From Phaeosaccion multiseriatum (taxonomy: Eukaryota > Protista > Ochrophyta, other classes), in NCBI GenBank assembly GCA_965112735.1, contig OZ218950.1, positions 1,178,001 through 1,242,000 of the forward strand: DNA of 64,000 nucleotides, read 5' to 3'. This document shows positions 1-14,000 of this stretch, piece after piece; the first letter of the stretch is position 1, and each line of letters starts with the position of its first letter. The notes beneath the pieces were generated by a model that saw only the letters and a program-made list of their open reading frames with translations, was not told where the DNA came from and made no database searches. A program made the position numbers and the translations under genes.

Positions 1-2075
1 AGTGAGCCCTTGCTCCGAGCCACGCGTTCTCCCCGACTTGGACAGCCTTGAAGACGAGCCCTCCCGTGCCTTCGATGGTGTGCGTGAAGATTGTGGAGTC
101 TTGCAACACCACCGCTTCGTCTCCAATGACGAGAAGATGCGCATCATCAGGCCTGAGCCATAAAGATGTGTCCTTGCCAACACTTGCCCCCAGCAGCCGC
201 AGCCACGCCGCGTACACCGGCCCGCCCGCGAAGTACTTGATGCAGAGAGCCTCTATGAAGGCAGGGCCCATGCTGCCGAAGCGACGTAAATCGAACGAAG
301 GCGAATCGAACGCTATGGGAGGCTGCCCCTCTTTGGCCTGCAAGGATGTGCCCAGAACTCGATGGAAATGAATGGCTGAGAGAGCGCCCGCCAAGGCCAT
401 GAGAACTTGAAAGACGAAGCTCCCCAACACAAGGAAGAACACTCCAGTATGGCTCTCGCTCAGAGTATCCTTCGCCACCACTTCCGGAAGGACAAAGGGA
501 CAGAAGGCGGCAGCCCCATGCACATGGCCATTGCGAAGCAGCAGGTCAGATGCCGACGCGCTGATCAGCACCCCCGGACACCATACGCCGAGGAGCAGCA
601 CCACAGTCGCAAGCCCACGCAGCGCATTGTGCACCCTCGACGGAACAGGAAGATTGCCTGCTGCATCGACGCCATCCTTCTCAGCATCAGCACTCGCTGG
701 GTTCGGCAATACAAACGGCCGAGGGGCGCCCACTACAGAAGAGTTGCGCGGCACGTCGTCGTCTCTACCCACAACGGTGCGATCGGCGACCGTGCTTCCG
801 TCCCCAATGCAAGCTCCGCCCAGGAGAAGAGCTTCGTTCGCAACAACGCTGAAGCGCCCGATGGTGATGCTTTGCGTATCCTCCTCTCCACGAGTTCCCC
901 CATCATCGAAAAGGTGCACACGGTTCGCGAGCTGGGAGTTTTCCCCTATCCTGAGCTTCTCCCATATCGTAGTGATAGGAAGTGTATGAAGTGTGCACCC
1001 CCGCTCCAGTCTGGCGCCCATGGCGGAAGCAAAAACACGGCTGAGCCCACAGTGTGCCACAAGAAGGAAGCCAACCTTGAAGAGAGGACTCTCCTGAAGA
1101 ACTCCGAGTGACAGCCGTGTGGTGGCGCTGGGGCCCAGTAGCAAGAAAATACGCTGTAGCGATAGCACTGCCACCATGTACAGCAGGCTTCCGATCATCA
1201 GCAGCACGGGGAACGCCAATGCACGAGCGAAGATGGGGACACTCTCCCCCGCGCCATCGTCATCACCCCCACCGGCAAGCACGAGTATCCAGAGGGGCAG
1301 CAGGTACGACCCCAAGTTGGTCACTGAAAGCAGGGCCAAAGCACAAAGCTCTTTTCCTATCCGCCGCAGCCCCTGCTCGCGTTCGACCTCTGCCAGCGGG
1401 CCAGAGAGTGACGAATGACCGAGCGACGCGTACGGACCGAGCTCCATCCCCTCGCCGATGATCACGTCCTTTGGCTCCTCATTCAGGCCCTCCCCCCCCT
1501 CCTGCGTCTGCCCCCCCTCCCATGGAGACGGACACACGTTGGACAGTATGCCCACCTTTGCCCCCTTCCCGATCCTCACGCGATGGACATGGAGCATGCC
1601 ATTCCGAGTAATGACAGACGGGCGAATGACGGCTCCGTACTCGATCACGGCCCCTTCTCCAATCTCGATCAAGTCATGCTCGTGCAGCAGCCAGCTCTCT
1701 AAGCGCGCGCTTCCACTGATTCGTGCCCCCAGCAGGCGGTTCCACACCCGCAAGGCGAAGGTACCACGGAGGGTAGAAATCAGCAGTGCGGCAAGTTTCA
1801 GCACATTCTGCACAGCATACCACCGCCAGTAGTACCAGCTCCTCACGGACCATCGCCCCGGTCGCATGCGGCCCAGCACAGTCCACTTCACCACTGCAAT
1901 CAGGGCAAGGAACCAGCTTGCTGACACGACGACGAGGAGTGGTAGCCAAGAAAGAATCCTCGTATTGCCGCGCCCTGCTCTGCGTAGCAAGTACACGCCA
2001 ACGAAGCTGGGAGAAAACCCGCAGCTGAGCACAGCAACAACGAGCAGCCAACTCAGAATCTGCAGCACCACTTGC
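1..2075 (-). CDS. Pls (epsilon-poly-L-lysine synthetase)-type NRPS terminal domain: 3 x [hydrophobic helix pair + left-handed beta-helix], truncated by window edge
   Basis: Hand translation of the open frame 2287->1 (762 codons, no stop): [15 protein letters not shown]..., [65 protein letters not shown]; second repeat AMGARLERG...[10 protein letters not shown]...ITIGRFSVV...CIGDGSTV; third repeat [13 protein letters not shown]...[10 protein letters not shown]...IFTHTIEG...[10 protein letters not shown]. Confidence 0.85.
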
Positions 2076-5000
2076 TTGTCAGTGCTGAGCCTCCGGTGCG
2101 CTTTCATCGCTTCCCCTCCTCCATCGACTGACTCGAAATCGCGCTCCTCGTCCGCCACTCGGGGGGCCTCGCTTGCTGCCGACGACTCCTCCCCGCTGTC
2201 TCCTCTGCCTCCGCCCTCCTCCGCGGCACCAAGCACTGAAAGTGCCACAGCGGTTCGGTTCTGGAAGATCTGCATTACTGTCAGAGCCTGCAGGAGTCAC
2301 ACAGACACAACAGGGTCAGTAACAAGAGCGGGACTCAACACGACGAAAGCTTTGGGCTCAAAGTTACTCACCTCGAAGCCGGGCACCTCTGCCCGGATAC
2401 GCGAAACCGCCTGAGCCGCACTCAACGATGTGCCTCCCTCTGCGAACAAGTCGTCATTGGCCTGCAAGCGAGGCTGCTCTGTGGCCTGCCTCAGGATGCC
2501 CAGCACTTGGCGGGCAGTGTCGCCTAACGCCTCGTCGCCGTCGGACGACTGTACAGCGGTTTTAATGTTTGCTTCCGCCTTAATCATTCTCAGCACCTCT
2601 TTCACGTCTCGCTTCCCGCTGCTCGTCATCGGCAGAGCATCCACGGCCACAGCCGTGCTCGGCACCATGTATGCCGGTAGCAGCTTGCCCACTCCTTGCA
2701 GCACCACCTCAACGTCGGCACTAGGAGGTGTCAGAGCCGCCACAACCGTCTCACGCTCTCTGTCCACGGCTGCCACAGCGCTCCTCACACCCTCTTGATG
2801 GAGCAGCGCAGCCTCCACCTCGCCCAGCTCAATGCGATAGCCGCGCACCTTCACTTGAGAGTCTCGGCGACCCCTAAACACCAGCGATCCGTCTGCCAGC
2901 TGCCGCACCAAGTCACCCTGGTAGAAGGTGTTAAGTTTGAGACGCGTCAGATCAGAACAGTGCCACAGGGCAGCAGAGAAAACCACCTCGACCCCCCCCC
3001 CCCCGTTGCATTCTCTGCTGTTCACTGCATGACATGCCAAAAGCAAGCCAAATGTACACACAACACACGCACACACACAAAGCCGCACACCCATGGGCAA
3101 CCTTTTCCACTTACCGTACGATACACTCTGCGCTGGTCCGCCAAGAAGGGCGCGGGGATGAAGGCCTTCGACGTGAGCTCTGGGCGCTTCAAGTACCCAC
3201 GGGCCAGCTGTCTCCCCCCAATGCACAGCTCGCCCTCCACGCCCTGAGGCACCAGCTGCAGACGCTTATCCACCACATACACTTGCACGCCGGCTCGAGG
3301 CTTGCCGATGACGAACCCATTCGACATGGCACCCGGACTGTACTCATGCGTCGTCACGGCATTCGTTTCGGTTGGGCCGTAGCTATTCACAAGGCGCACA
3401 TGGTGCCTCCACATGTCCACTTGGCCTTCCTTGATCGGCTCCCCAATCAATGCGATGGACCGTAGGGTGGCCTCCTTAGCTCCAGTGGTGATGTCTTGCG
3501 GTCGGAGCAGCGACAGCAGTGACGGGGTGCAGTACATGTCCGATACCCTCAAAGACCGTATCAGCTCCGGCAGGTCGTTCAGCATGGAGCCCTTCTCTGC
3601 CAAGCAAAGCGTCGCCCCACACGACAACGGCCCGAACAGCGACGCCACAGACACATCAAATGTCAAAGCAGCACTCAGGAGCACACGAGAAGATGCCGTT
3701 ATCGTCAGCTCCTCTTCGAAGAGAGTCGCCATGAAGCTGGCCGTGCTTCCATGCTCAATCATCACGCCCTTTGGCCGGCCGGTACTACCGGACGTGTGAA
3801 TCACGTACGCCATGTTCTCGCCCACCGCGTGGCACACAGGCTCCGCGGTACTCTCCACTTGCATCACAGCCACCACGTCCACACAGCTCACGTCTCCGAC
3901 ACGCCGCGCTAAGCTGGCATCGGCGGTTGCCAGCACCTCAGACTCGCCTGCTGCCTTTGCCGTCGTCAGAACGACGCTCAGCCCGGCGTCTTGTGCGATC
4001 ATCGACAGCCTATCGTCGGGATGCTCGGGATCCAGGGGCACGTACGCCGCCCCGGCCTTGAGCACGCCCAGCACTGCCACAACCGCCTCCACGCAGTCCC
4101 CAGCAATCAGCACCCCCACCAGGCACTCCGGCCCCACGCCCCTCCCCTGCAGCATGCATGCCACCGCATTCGCATGCCCATTCAGCTCCCCGTAGCTCAT
4201 CACCCGACCCGTCTCATACTCGTGCAGGGCCTCCTGCTCCGGACTGCGAGAGGCCATCTCTTCGAAAGCCGCGTGCAGGAGGGGCGGTGGTGGCGATGCT
4301 TCCTCTGCACCTCCCTCCGTGTCTCCATTGGCATCCCCCGCCACCAGTGCAGCGCCGCTCAACGTATCCACCACCTTCACACGGTCCTCGTGTGCCAAGA
4401 GATTCAGCTTCCACACGCTCTCGCCCGGCCTGCCCACTGCACTCTCCAGCAGCGCCAGGAAGCTCCGCCCCAGGGTCTCCACTGTGGCCTGGTCGAGCAC
4501 CGCCGTATTGTAGCACAGGCTGCCGTGCATATCCGACGCACTGTCCGTGCTGCGCACAAGGCATAGCTCGATGTCAGCCGTATTCTTCCAAGTATCCACA
4601 CCCGCCTCCTGCAGTACAAAGAAAGCCTGCAGCGCATTACCACGACCATCTCTGCCCAGCTGGGCCCGCTCCACCACCTTGTGGAACGGTGCCTCGGCAT
4701 GCTTCATGGCACCCAGATACGCGACCTGTACGCGAAGAAGCACCTCCCGAAAGCTGGGGCTTCCTCCCAGGCCCAGACGGAACGCGAGGGTGTTGACGAA
4801 GCATCCCATCACGCCCTCCAAGCCTTGCGCCACGTCTCTTCCGAAGTGCGCAGTGCCCACCACCACGTCCTCCGCTCCGCACACACGAGCCAGCAGCACT
4901 TGGAACGCGCCCATGAGCCCCACAAACAGCGTGGCGGAGCTATCCGCGCACAGTTTACTCAACTTGACCAGCATTCCATTGGGTAGGACCAAGTCCACCC

Positions 5001-8000
5001 TCCCGCTTCCTCCCACACGGATATCTTCACGCACCATTTCTCCACTGAGGCTCATTTGGTCATGTCGCTGACGGAGAGGCAGCTGCAGTGGACTGGTACC
5101 AGCCAGTTGACCCTGCCAGTATTCAAGCAGCTCCTCAATACGGCCTTCGCCGTCCAGCCGAGCTCGTTGCCACCTGGAGTAGTCCGCGAAGCTGAAGGGC
5201 AGAGCCGGTAGGTCTTGTGCGATTCCTCTCCCGGCCATGGCAGCCGCGCATGTGGCCTTGAACTCGCCCTGGAAGAGCAAGTAGGATGCACCATCAAAGA
5301 TGCAATGATGGAAAGTAGATACTGCGGCATACTGCTCCTCTAGTCCGCTCTGCTGCGGGAGGTGTACGACCAACGTACGCCATAGAGGCTGGCTCCGCTC
5401 CAAATCGAATGGCCGAGCGATATCGGCCTCGATCAGGCTCCGAGCGGCCCCAACACTGGTGGCCACGGCAGAGGAGAGACCAGCTGACACCACCGCGGCT
5501 GCCGTAGTTCCAAGCTGTACCTGCCTCAGAGAGCCCTGCTTTGTCCACTCAAGCGACGTCCGGAGCACATCATGTCGCTCCACTATGCTGCCTAACACTT
5601 GTGCTATCATGTCCACAATTTCAGCGGATGTTCGTCCGGAGATCAGCGAGATTGGCAGCGGCAGCACAAGTGGGAGATTGTACGCGCTCTGCCCGCCAGG
5701 GGAAGTCGTCCGCAGTGCTATGTCTGAAAAGTACATGTGTTCCTGCTGGTAAGCCGCGGGGGCGTCAGCATCCAAGGAGAAGTAGTGCGAAAGACCTGTT
5801 GCTTGATCATCAGGCTCACTCAGATGCCCCGAGTCCGCTCCCAGCACTTCCTCTTGGATCCATGCAGCCATTGCAGACACCGATGGATACGTAAACAAGG
5901 CGCCGCTCGACATGGTGACACCACACCAGGCCTCGACTCGCTTGCCAAACTCCACGGAACCCATCGAATCGAGCCCGGCTTCCATCAAGGGCATCGTTGC
6001 TGTAATGGTCACGTCATCGCCAACACACTCGACTGCCATACCCGTCAGGACATGCTCGATCCTCTCCCGCCGTGCTGACTCCGGCAAGTGCAGGAGCTCC
6101 TCCCGCACCTCGGCATTAACCTTTGCCGCCTCACCACTTTCTCCGCGGTCCGTCAACTGCCCGAGAAAATCGCTGTGCACAGGGGCCAAGCTCGCTCGGA
6201 ATCTGGACCACCTCATGGCCGGCATGACGGCCACCTCCTGCACGTTGGCTTGCGATTGACTTGCAAGGACGGCATCCAGAGTCTTCATACCTAGCGCCGA
6301 TGAGATCAGGCCCACTCCGGCCATCTCCGCAGCTTTGGACACCATTTCAAGCCGCACCGCCATACCCACGTCGCCCCATGGGCCCCACTGAATGTTGGAA
6401 GCAGGAAGGCCAAGCTGGCGTCGGCGGTACCGCATCAGCCCGTCCAAAGCAGCATTGGCCCCCGCGTAGGCGCTCTGATTGGACAAGCCAAGCAAAGCGG
6501 AGGTCGATGAGTACGAGGCGAAGAAGTCGATCTCCTCCCTGCCGCTCGCCGCCCACTCGAGGCACAGCGCGTGGAGATTCCAACCTCCCTGGATCTTGGC
6601 GGCAAAGACATTTCGCACGTTCTCTTCCGTCTCGCCCGACAACATTCCCTTTGCGCCAGTCACCCCCGCTGCGTGAATCACACCCCGAATGTGAGGCAGC
6701 CCCACCAAGGCCGTTGCTACAGCATCTCGAAGCTGGCCCATATCGGACACATCGCAGGCCACGGCCACAGCGGTGACACTCTCCATGCTCTGCAGGGCCT
6801 GCCACAGCTCTGAAGCTTCCTCTGTCGCCCGGCCGCTTCGAGAAAGGAGGAGCAGGTGTCGAGCACCCTGGGAGACCAAGTGATTCGCCGTCGCCAGACC
6901 CAGCCCCCCCAGACCACCGCTGATCAGGTAGGTCCCATCCTCCCTGCACGTGAAGCGATCGACTCCTGCCGGCGTCAGATGGAGTGTGCTGGGCACCAGC
7001 CTCGGAGCGAGGATCTCACACCCTCGAACCAGCAGGTCCACGCCTCGGCCGCCGTCGCGGGCTCCTGCAGCCAGCGTCACAGCCTGGGAGATAGCTTGGG
7101 CTTCCATCTTCTCTACTCTAGGTCGTGCATCCTCAAACTGTGGATACATGGCATACTCAAGGTCGATGTGGTTCACATCGAGGTCGCCCCGCTCCAGGCG
7201 TACGCTTCTCACCAGTCCCACTGCCCAGCTGTCCTGCCAACCAGCACCGCTGTACACTCCCGTTGTCACCACCGTGATCGGCATCACTGCCGCGTCCCCG
7301 TCTAAGCTCTGTACAGTTTGCACAAAGTGGATTGCCCCATCGGTAGCAGAGCCCGTTGCTGACGTCAAGTAGAAGAGATGGGCCCCACGTGGCTGCGCGT
7401 CCGAGCCGAGCGCCTCCACCATGTGCACCTCCACACCACTTGCTGTCGCCGCGCTTCGGACAGCTTCCAAGGCTCTGTGGTTGTTCGATGCGTGCTGCCC
7501 TTCGGCTGCCTCGGGAATCACGACGAGCCACGGAAGGCTGTCGGGCGCAGAAGCCTGCTGCGAAGCCGTGGGCACCTCCACCGCCTCCCACTCAACAACA
7601 TAGAGCGGGCCCTGCTCAGCTTCACTCTGCGGCTGAGGTGCTGCTGTGGCTCGCGCTGTGTACCAAGGAAAGGCTTTGCGCGTTGGGAACAGGATATGCT
7701 CCTTGCCCTTACTCTCTGGCTGCTGCACTGTGCTCAGAGCAAATCGAAACGAATCCTCAGAGTTCTGCCCTCGTGTGAGGGAGGAGATCCACGCCAGCCC
7801 CTCGCGACGCTCGCACATGGCTCCCATGCTGCTCAGCACAGGGTTGGGGCCCACCTCAACGATGCTCAGGTCAGCCCCCCTCCCGTCTCCCATCCAGTGC
7901 TGCACCAGCGTGTGGATGCCTTCTGCGAACAGCACTGGCGACAGCATGTGTTGCACCCAATACGTCGCCTGCGTCACCTCCTCCTCTCTTACCACCTCAC

Positions 8001-11000
8001 CCGTCACGTTGGACACCAGGGGAATGCGTGGAGCGCTGAATGACACCTGCCTCAGAACCTCCTCCAGCGCACCTACAGCGGGCTCCATCAGAGGAGAGTG
8101 GAAGGCGTGCGATACCTCCAGGGCCTTGCAGCCCACCCCATCTGCCGTCAGCCTCTCCACCACCTTGTCCACACCGCTGCGCGCTCCAGAGATCACGCTC
8201 GCGCTCGGTCCATTCGACGACGCCAGCACCACCTCGCCTGCCCCCCCCGCAGCGTCGATACTTGCCAAAGTCGCCTCCTTGCCTGCCCTCACTGCGAACA
8301 TCACTCCCTTGCCCTCGGGGCAGGCCTGCATGGCGGCTCCTCTCTTGGCGGACAGCATCAGTCCATCCTCCAGCGACATGACGCCGGCCACGCACGCCGC
8401 CACCACCTCGCCCAGGCTGTGGCCCATCACCATGGACAGCTCCACGCCCTCCGACTTCCAAAGCTCACACAGGGCGTACTCCAGCACAAACAGGCACGGC
8501 TGGCAGTAGCGTGTCTCCTTCAGCAGCGCTTGTGCAGTCTCCTCCTCCTCCTTCTCGTCCTCAGCGACCGCCGGGTACATGAGCTCCACCACAGACTTGT
8601 CCAGCCAAGCCCGCTCCATGAGCAACCTGCTGCACCGCTGTATGCACTCGCGGAACACGCCCTCCTTCTCGTACAGCTCTCTGCCCATGCCCACGTATTG
8701 CGAGCCCTGTCCAGTGAACACAAACGCCACCGGTGCACGCTTCTTGCTTTGCTGTCCATCCAGCTGCAGCAAGGCTTCGCCCCTCTCAACCAACGTTGGT
8801 CCGAAGCTGCTGAGCACTGCGTGGGCATTCGTGCCTCCAAATCCGAAGGAGCTCACCCCCACCACCACAGATCCATCGGAGTTGGTGGGTAAAGGGGTCA
8901 TGGAAGATGGGAACAGGACTGCAAGTCCCTCCATGTCGAGCTCTGGATTTTGCTCGATGAAGTGAAGATTGGGTGGAGCGGTCTTGTGCTGCGCCATCAG
9001 CACTGCTTTGATGAATCCGGCAATCCCTGCTGCACCCTCCAAGTGCCCAATGTTTGTCTTGAGCGCCCCCACGATCAAAGGCTTCGCTTCATCGCGGTCG
9101 TGGGCGAACACTCCTCTCAGAGCGCTCATCTCGATGGGGTCGCCGAGAGACGTGCCCGTGCCGTGCGCCTCCACGAAACTGACGTCGTTCGGACACAGCC
9201 CAGCGTCGATCAAGGCGTCTGCGATGAGCTGCTTTTGAGCGCCAGGGTTTGGAGCCGTCATCCGCGCGGTGGGCCCATTATGGTTCACAGCCGAGCCTCG
9301 CAAGACAGCCAGCACCTCGTCGTCGTTGGCAAGGGCGTCGTCTAGGCGCTTCACCACGATTGCTCCGCACCCCTCGCCTCTGACGTAGCCGTTGGCGGAC
9401 TTGTCAAATGTTTTACAGTGCCTTGAGAGTGAGGACGGAAGAGGGAAACAGGGGAGATTTAGCTAAGAAGGCGGGAGGAGAAGGGGCGATCTAAGGTTCT
9501 CACTCTACCTCCCTGAACGAAACAGTGGTGCGTAACCAGGTGCCTGCCGACTATAATACTAGCTTCCACCTGCCGGGGTATCATACTCATTCACTCTCTC
9601 CCTCCCTTCCTCCCTCCCTCCCTCCCTCCCTCCCTCCCTCCCTCCCTCCCTCCCTCCCTCCCTCCCTCCCTCCCTCCCTCCCTCCCTCCCTCCCTCCCTC
9701 CCTCTCTCACCCCCTCCCTCCCTCCTTCCCTCCCTTCCCTCCTTCCTTCCTCCCTACTCTCCCCCCAACGCACACTCACGCACTCACCCGTCTGGCGAGA
9801 GAAACCCTCCTGAGGAAAGGACCTTGAAGGGCGCCTCGCTGAGTAGCAGGTTCACTCCTCCGACGACAGCTGCGTCACACTTGCCCAATCGCAGGCTGCT
9901 GCAGGCGTTGTCCAGGGCGACCAAGGAAGAGGAGCACGCCGTGTCTACCGTTGAGCTCGGCCCCTTCAACCCCAGCGCGTAGGAAACTCGGTTGGCCAAA
10001 TTCGACATGGAGGCTCCTGACGCCACGTACACGCTCTCGCTTGCCTCGCCAGCTCCTTGGCTTGCTTTGACCTGCAGCCAATCGCTTCCAGCGCAGCCAA
10101 CAAAGACCCCTGTCTCGCTCTTGCGGAGACTGCGCTTGTCATAGCCTGCCCTGTGCAGCGCCTCGAAGGCCACCTCCAGCAGCACGCGCTGATTGGGGTC
10201 CATGCTTTCCACTTCCGCTGACGAAATACCAAAGAAGGTGTTGTCGAAGAGGTGGACGCCCTCTATGAAGCCTCCTCGCCACTCCTTAGAGCCGCTTCCC
10301 CACCGGTCTGCTGGAGCTGTAGAGATGCAGTCCGATCCCGTGCAAAGCATGCTCCAGAAACCTTGGGGCGAAGTCACTCCTCCTGGAAAGCGGCACGCCA
10401 TGCCCACCACCGCCAGCGGAGCTCGCACGCCTTGAGGCGAAGCCGAGGTGGGGCGCAAACCTCGCATTGGGTCTGTGGCAGCCCTTCCCATTACCTCGCC
10501 ATCAAGCCAGCCCACAAGCTCCGCCAAGCTGGGGTACTCAAAGAGCACATCGACGGTGGCTGTAACCCCAAAGTCCGTGTGAAGGCGATTCCGCACCTCC
10601 ACGAGGGCCATCGAATCCAGGCCTGCCTCCATCAAGGGCACATTGTCGTCCAGCGGGGGCATGTCTGCATCAACACACTTCAGCACGGTCGCCTTGAGCG
10701 CTTCCAGGAGAGCAGCGCGCCGATCCTCTGGGGAGAGAGCAGAGAGAGTCTCGCGCAGCTGTGAGAGGGCGTCTCCAGCTGGGGGAGGAGCAGATACAGG
10801 ACCCTCGCAATCATGCGCTGGTGTTGCCCTCTTCGGGAGGGGAAACTCTCGCGACGAGGGGAACCCCTGCCAAGGGGTGCCCACTCTCTCTGCTGCGCCT
10901 TTGGGCCTCATGCCGCCGTAGCTGCCCAAGATGACGTGGGCGTTGAAACCGCCAGCAGCGTAGGAATTCACTCCTGCGAGCAGCGTCGAGCCGTCGGAGC

Positions 11001-14000
11001 AGTAGGAAGAGAGGGGCGTCCTTCGGGTGGGCAGCGTGACGGGCACGCCCTCCAGCTTCAGGTTGGGGTTGACCTCCTTCAGATGTAGGTTGGCTGGGGC
11101 CTCTCGGTGCTGTACTACCAAGATGGCCTTGATGAGCTGAGCCATCCCTGACGCCCCTTCCATGTGGCCTAGAGTAGTCTTGACAGTGCCCACTACAAGG
11201 GGGGAGGCATCAGGCCTGTTGGGGGTGAACGCTGCCTTGAGTGCGCCTAATGAGTACCACGCGACGTGCGTGCGTGCGTGCGTGCGTGCGTGAGAGGGGG
11301 AGAGAGGGAGGGAGGGAGAGAGGGAGGGAGGGGGGGAGGAAGGGAGAGGGGGGGTAGGAGGGTGGAAGGGAGGGAGGGTAGGAGGGAGTGAGGGAGGGAG
11401 GGAGGGAGGGAGGGAGGGGGGAGGGATGGAGGGATGGAGGGAGGGAGGGAGGGGGGGGGGGAGGGAGGGAGGGAAGGAGGGAGGGAGGTAGGGAGGGAGA
11501 GAGGAGGGATGGAGGGAGGGGGAGGGAGGGAGGGAGGGGGAGGGAGGGAGGAAAGGATGGAAGGAGGAGGGATGAAGGGAGGAAAGGAGGGAGGGAGGGA
11601 CGAGTGGAGGGCACGAATACGCTTTATTATGTCTCATCACATCATCATTTTTCTAGTTGAGACGTAAGAGAGACATCACAATGATGGTCCAACACGAATC
11701 CCCTCCTTTAACCCCCTTTGCTTCCTTCAACGTACCCAGCTCGATGGCGTCGCCCATGACCGTTCCCGTGGCGTGAGCCTCAACGTAGCCCACTTCTCTC
11801 CCCTCGCACGCTGCCTGCCGCAGGGCGCTCCTCGCCAAGCTCTCTTGGGCGGCTCCCTTCGCGGCAGACAGAGAACTGCTGACGCCGCTGTGGCTGACAG
11901 CCGCTGCCTTGATGACGGCAAGGATATTGTCTCCGTCCTTGATGGCGTCCGGCAGGTACTTCAGCACGACGGCCCCGCTGCCCTCACTGCGCACGTAGCC
12001 GTCCCCGGCCGCGTCAAAGGATTTGCAGTACCTGGAGCAGGAGACGGGACACAGAAAGTAGAGTGGGGGGGGGGTGGATCAGTGTCCAAGCAAGGGACCA
12101 GAGAGAAGAGAAAGGGTGCTTTGGAAGGAAGAACATAGATGCAGCAACAGCTGCAGGAGCAAACTCACCCTTCCTTCGACAGAAGTCCTGCACTGGCCAG
12201 GGCGCCAAAGCCTTGGTCGTGGAGCAGCAGGTTGACCCCGCCAACGACGGCAGAGCTGCACTGCCTCAGTTTCAGACTGTTGCACGCGTTGCTAAGGGCC
12301 ACTAGGGCCGACGAACATGCTGCGTCTATGCTTTCGCATGGACCTACAAGGCCGAGTGTGTGCGAAATGCGGCCAGCGAAACATGCTCTGCTTGCCCCTA
12401 CCGACGTGTAGGCGCTGAGAGAAACACCATCCGCGCTCTCACGCAGCAAAGCCGGCCAGTCACTCCCTGCAGCGCCCACAAACACGCCAACTCGGTGACC
12501 TTCAAGCCTGCGTCGGCCCTCGTAGCCGGCTCTGTGCAGAGCCTCGTACGCCACTTCGAGCATGATGCGCTGGTTGGGATCTTGGGCCTCCGCCTCGGCG
12601 GTGGACATGCCGAAGAATGCGTTGTCGAACACTTCAACACCGTCGATGAAGCCACCTGCTCGCATGACGGGGAGAGGAGGAGCGTTCAAAATGGGGTGAG
12701 TGGGGCACAGAGACGGGCAAAGAAGCGCCCAGCAGCAAAGCTGTTCATGCCCTTCAAGACTAACATTTGCAAGCCTCGTGGACACAGGGTAAAAACGCAC
12801 CTCTCACTCCTGTTCCCAAGCCTCGCTCAAGGGGTGCATCGGTGACGCAGTCCTCTTTATTGCACAGCTTCGCCCAGAGCTCTTCCGGGCTGTTGCAGCC
12901 ACCGGGGAACCGACAGGCCATCCCAAGGACTGCAATATCGCCGCTGCTGCCGTCATAAGAAGGTACCCCAGGAATGGAGCGAGGCAGTCCGTCAATGCCA
13001 GGAAGTGTGTCCTCCCTGCTCGCACACAAGCGAGACACACCCCTCGCGGTGGGTGTGTGGAACATCTCTGCCACCTGGAGCGCCTAAGTACAGCAACGAG
13101 TAAAGAGATCCGACGGTCAACGACTACATTAGCAAACCATTTGGAACCACCGGCCACACCAGAAAGACAGCCCTCCGTCCCACTCACCTCGAAGCCTGGC
13201 ACCTCTACGCGGATGCGCGCTGTGACACTTACAGCGTCAAGCGAAGTGCCTCCCTCGGCGAACAAGTCGTCGCTGGCTCGCAGACCCGGCCGCCCAATGG
13301 CCTCTCGCATAATGCCGAGCACTTGACGGGTGGTGCCGTCCATAGGTGCGTCATCGCTGACGCTTAGGCTCCGTTGCTGGCCAGGGCCATGGTGACGTGC
13401 AGCTCGAATGGCTCTGAGAACCTCTTTCACGTCTCGCTTCCCGCTGCTCGTCATCGGTAGAGCCTCCATAGCCACAGCCGTGCTCGGCACCATGTATGCC
13501 GGTAGCAGCTTGCTCACTCCTTGCAGAACCATCTCAACGTCGGCACTAGGAGGTGTCAGAGCCGCCACAACCGTCTCGCGCTCGCTGTCCACGGCTGCCA
13601 CAGCACTCCTCACACCCTCTTGATGGAGCAGCGCAGCCTCCACCTCGCCCAGCTCAATGCGATAGCCGCGCACCTTCACTTGAGAGTCTCGGCGACCCCT
13701 AAACACCAGCGATCCGTCTGCCAGCTGCCGCACCAAGTCACCCTGTCCGAAGGTGTTAAGTTTGAGACGCGTCAGATCAGAACAGTGCCACAGGGCAGCA
13801 GAGAAAACCACCTCGGCCCCCCCCCCCCCCCGTTGCATTCTCTGCTGTTCACTGCATGACATGCCAAAAGCAAGCCAAATGTACACACAACACACGCACA
13901 CACACAAAGCCGCACACCCATGGGCAACCTTTTCCACTTACCGTACGATACACTCTGCGCTGGTCCCCCAAGAAGGGTGCGGGGATGAAGGCCTTTGACG

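Noticed and set aside
1674-2300. ORF-track ORFs 1674..2051 and 2079..2300 as the C-terminus, or a TE/reductase release domain
   Set aside because: They are in the wrong frames; the spliced frame from 2287 is open to the edge and shows no GxSxG hydrolase or Rossmann-type release domain.
9525-11667. PSLP/GREG repeat proteins (and LTHS ORFs at 54333-54949)
   Set aside because: These are translations of intronic tetranucleotide microsatellites.
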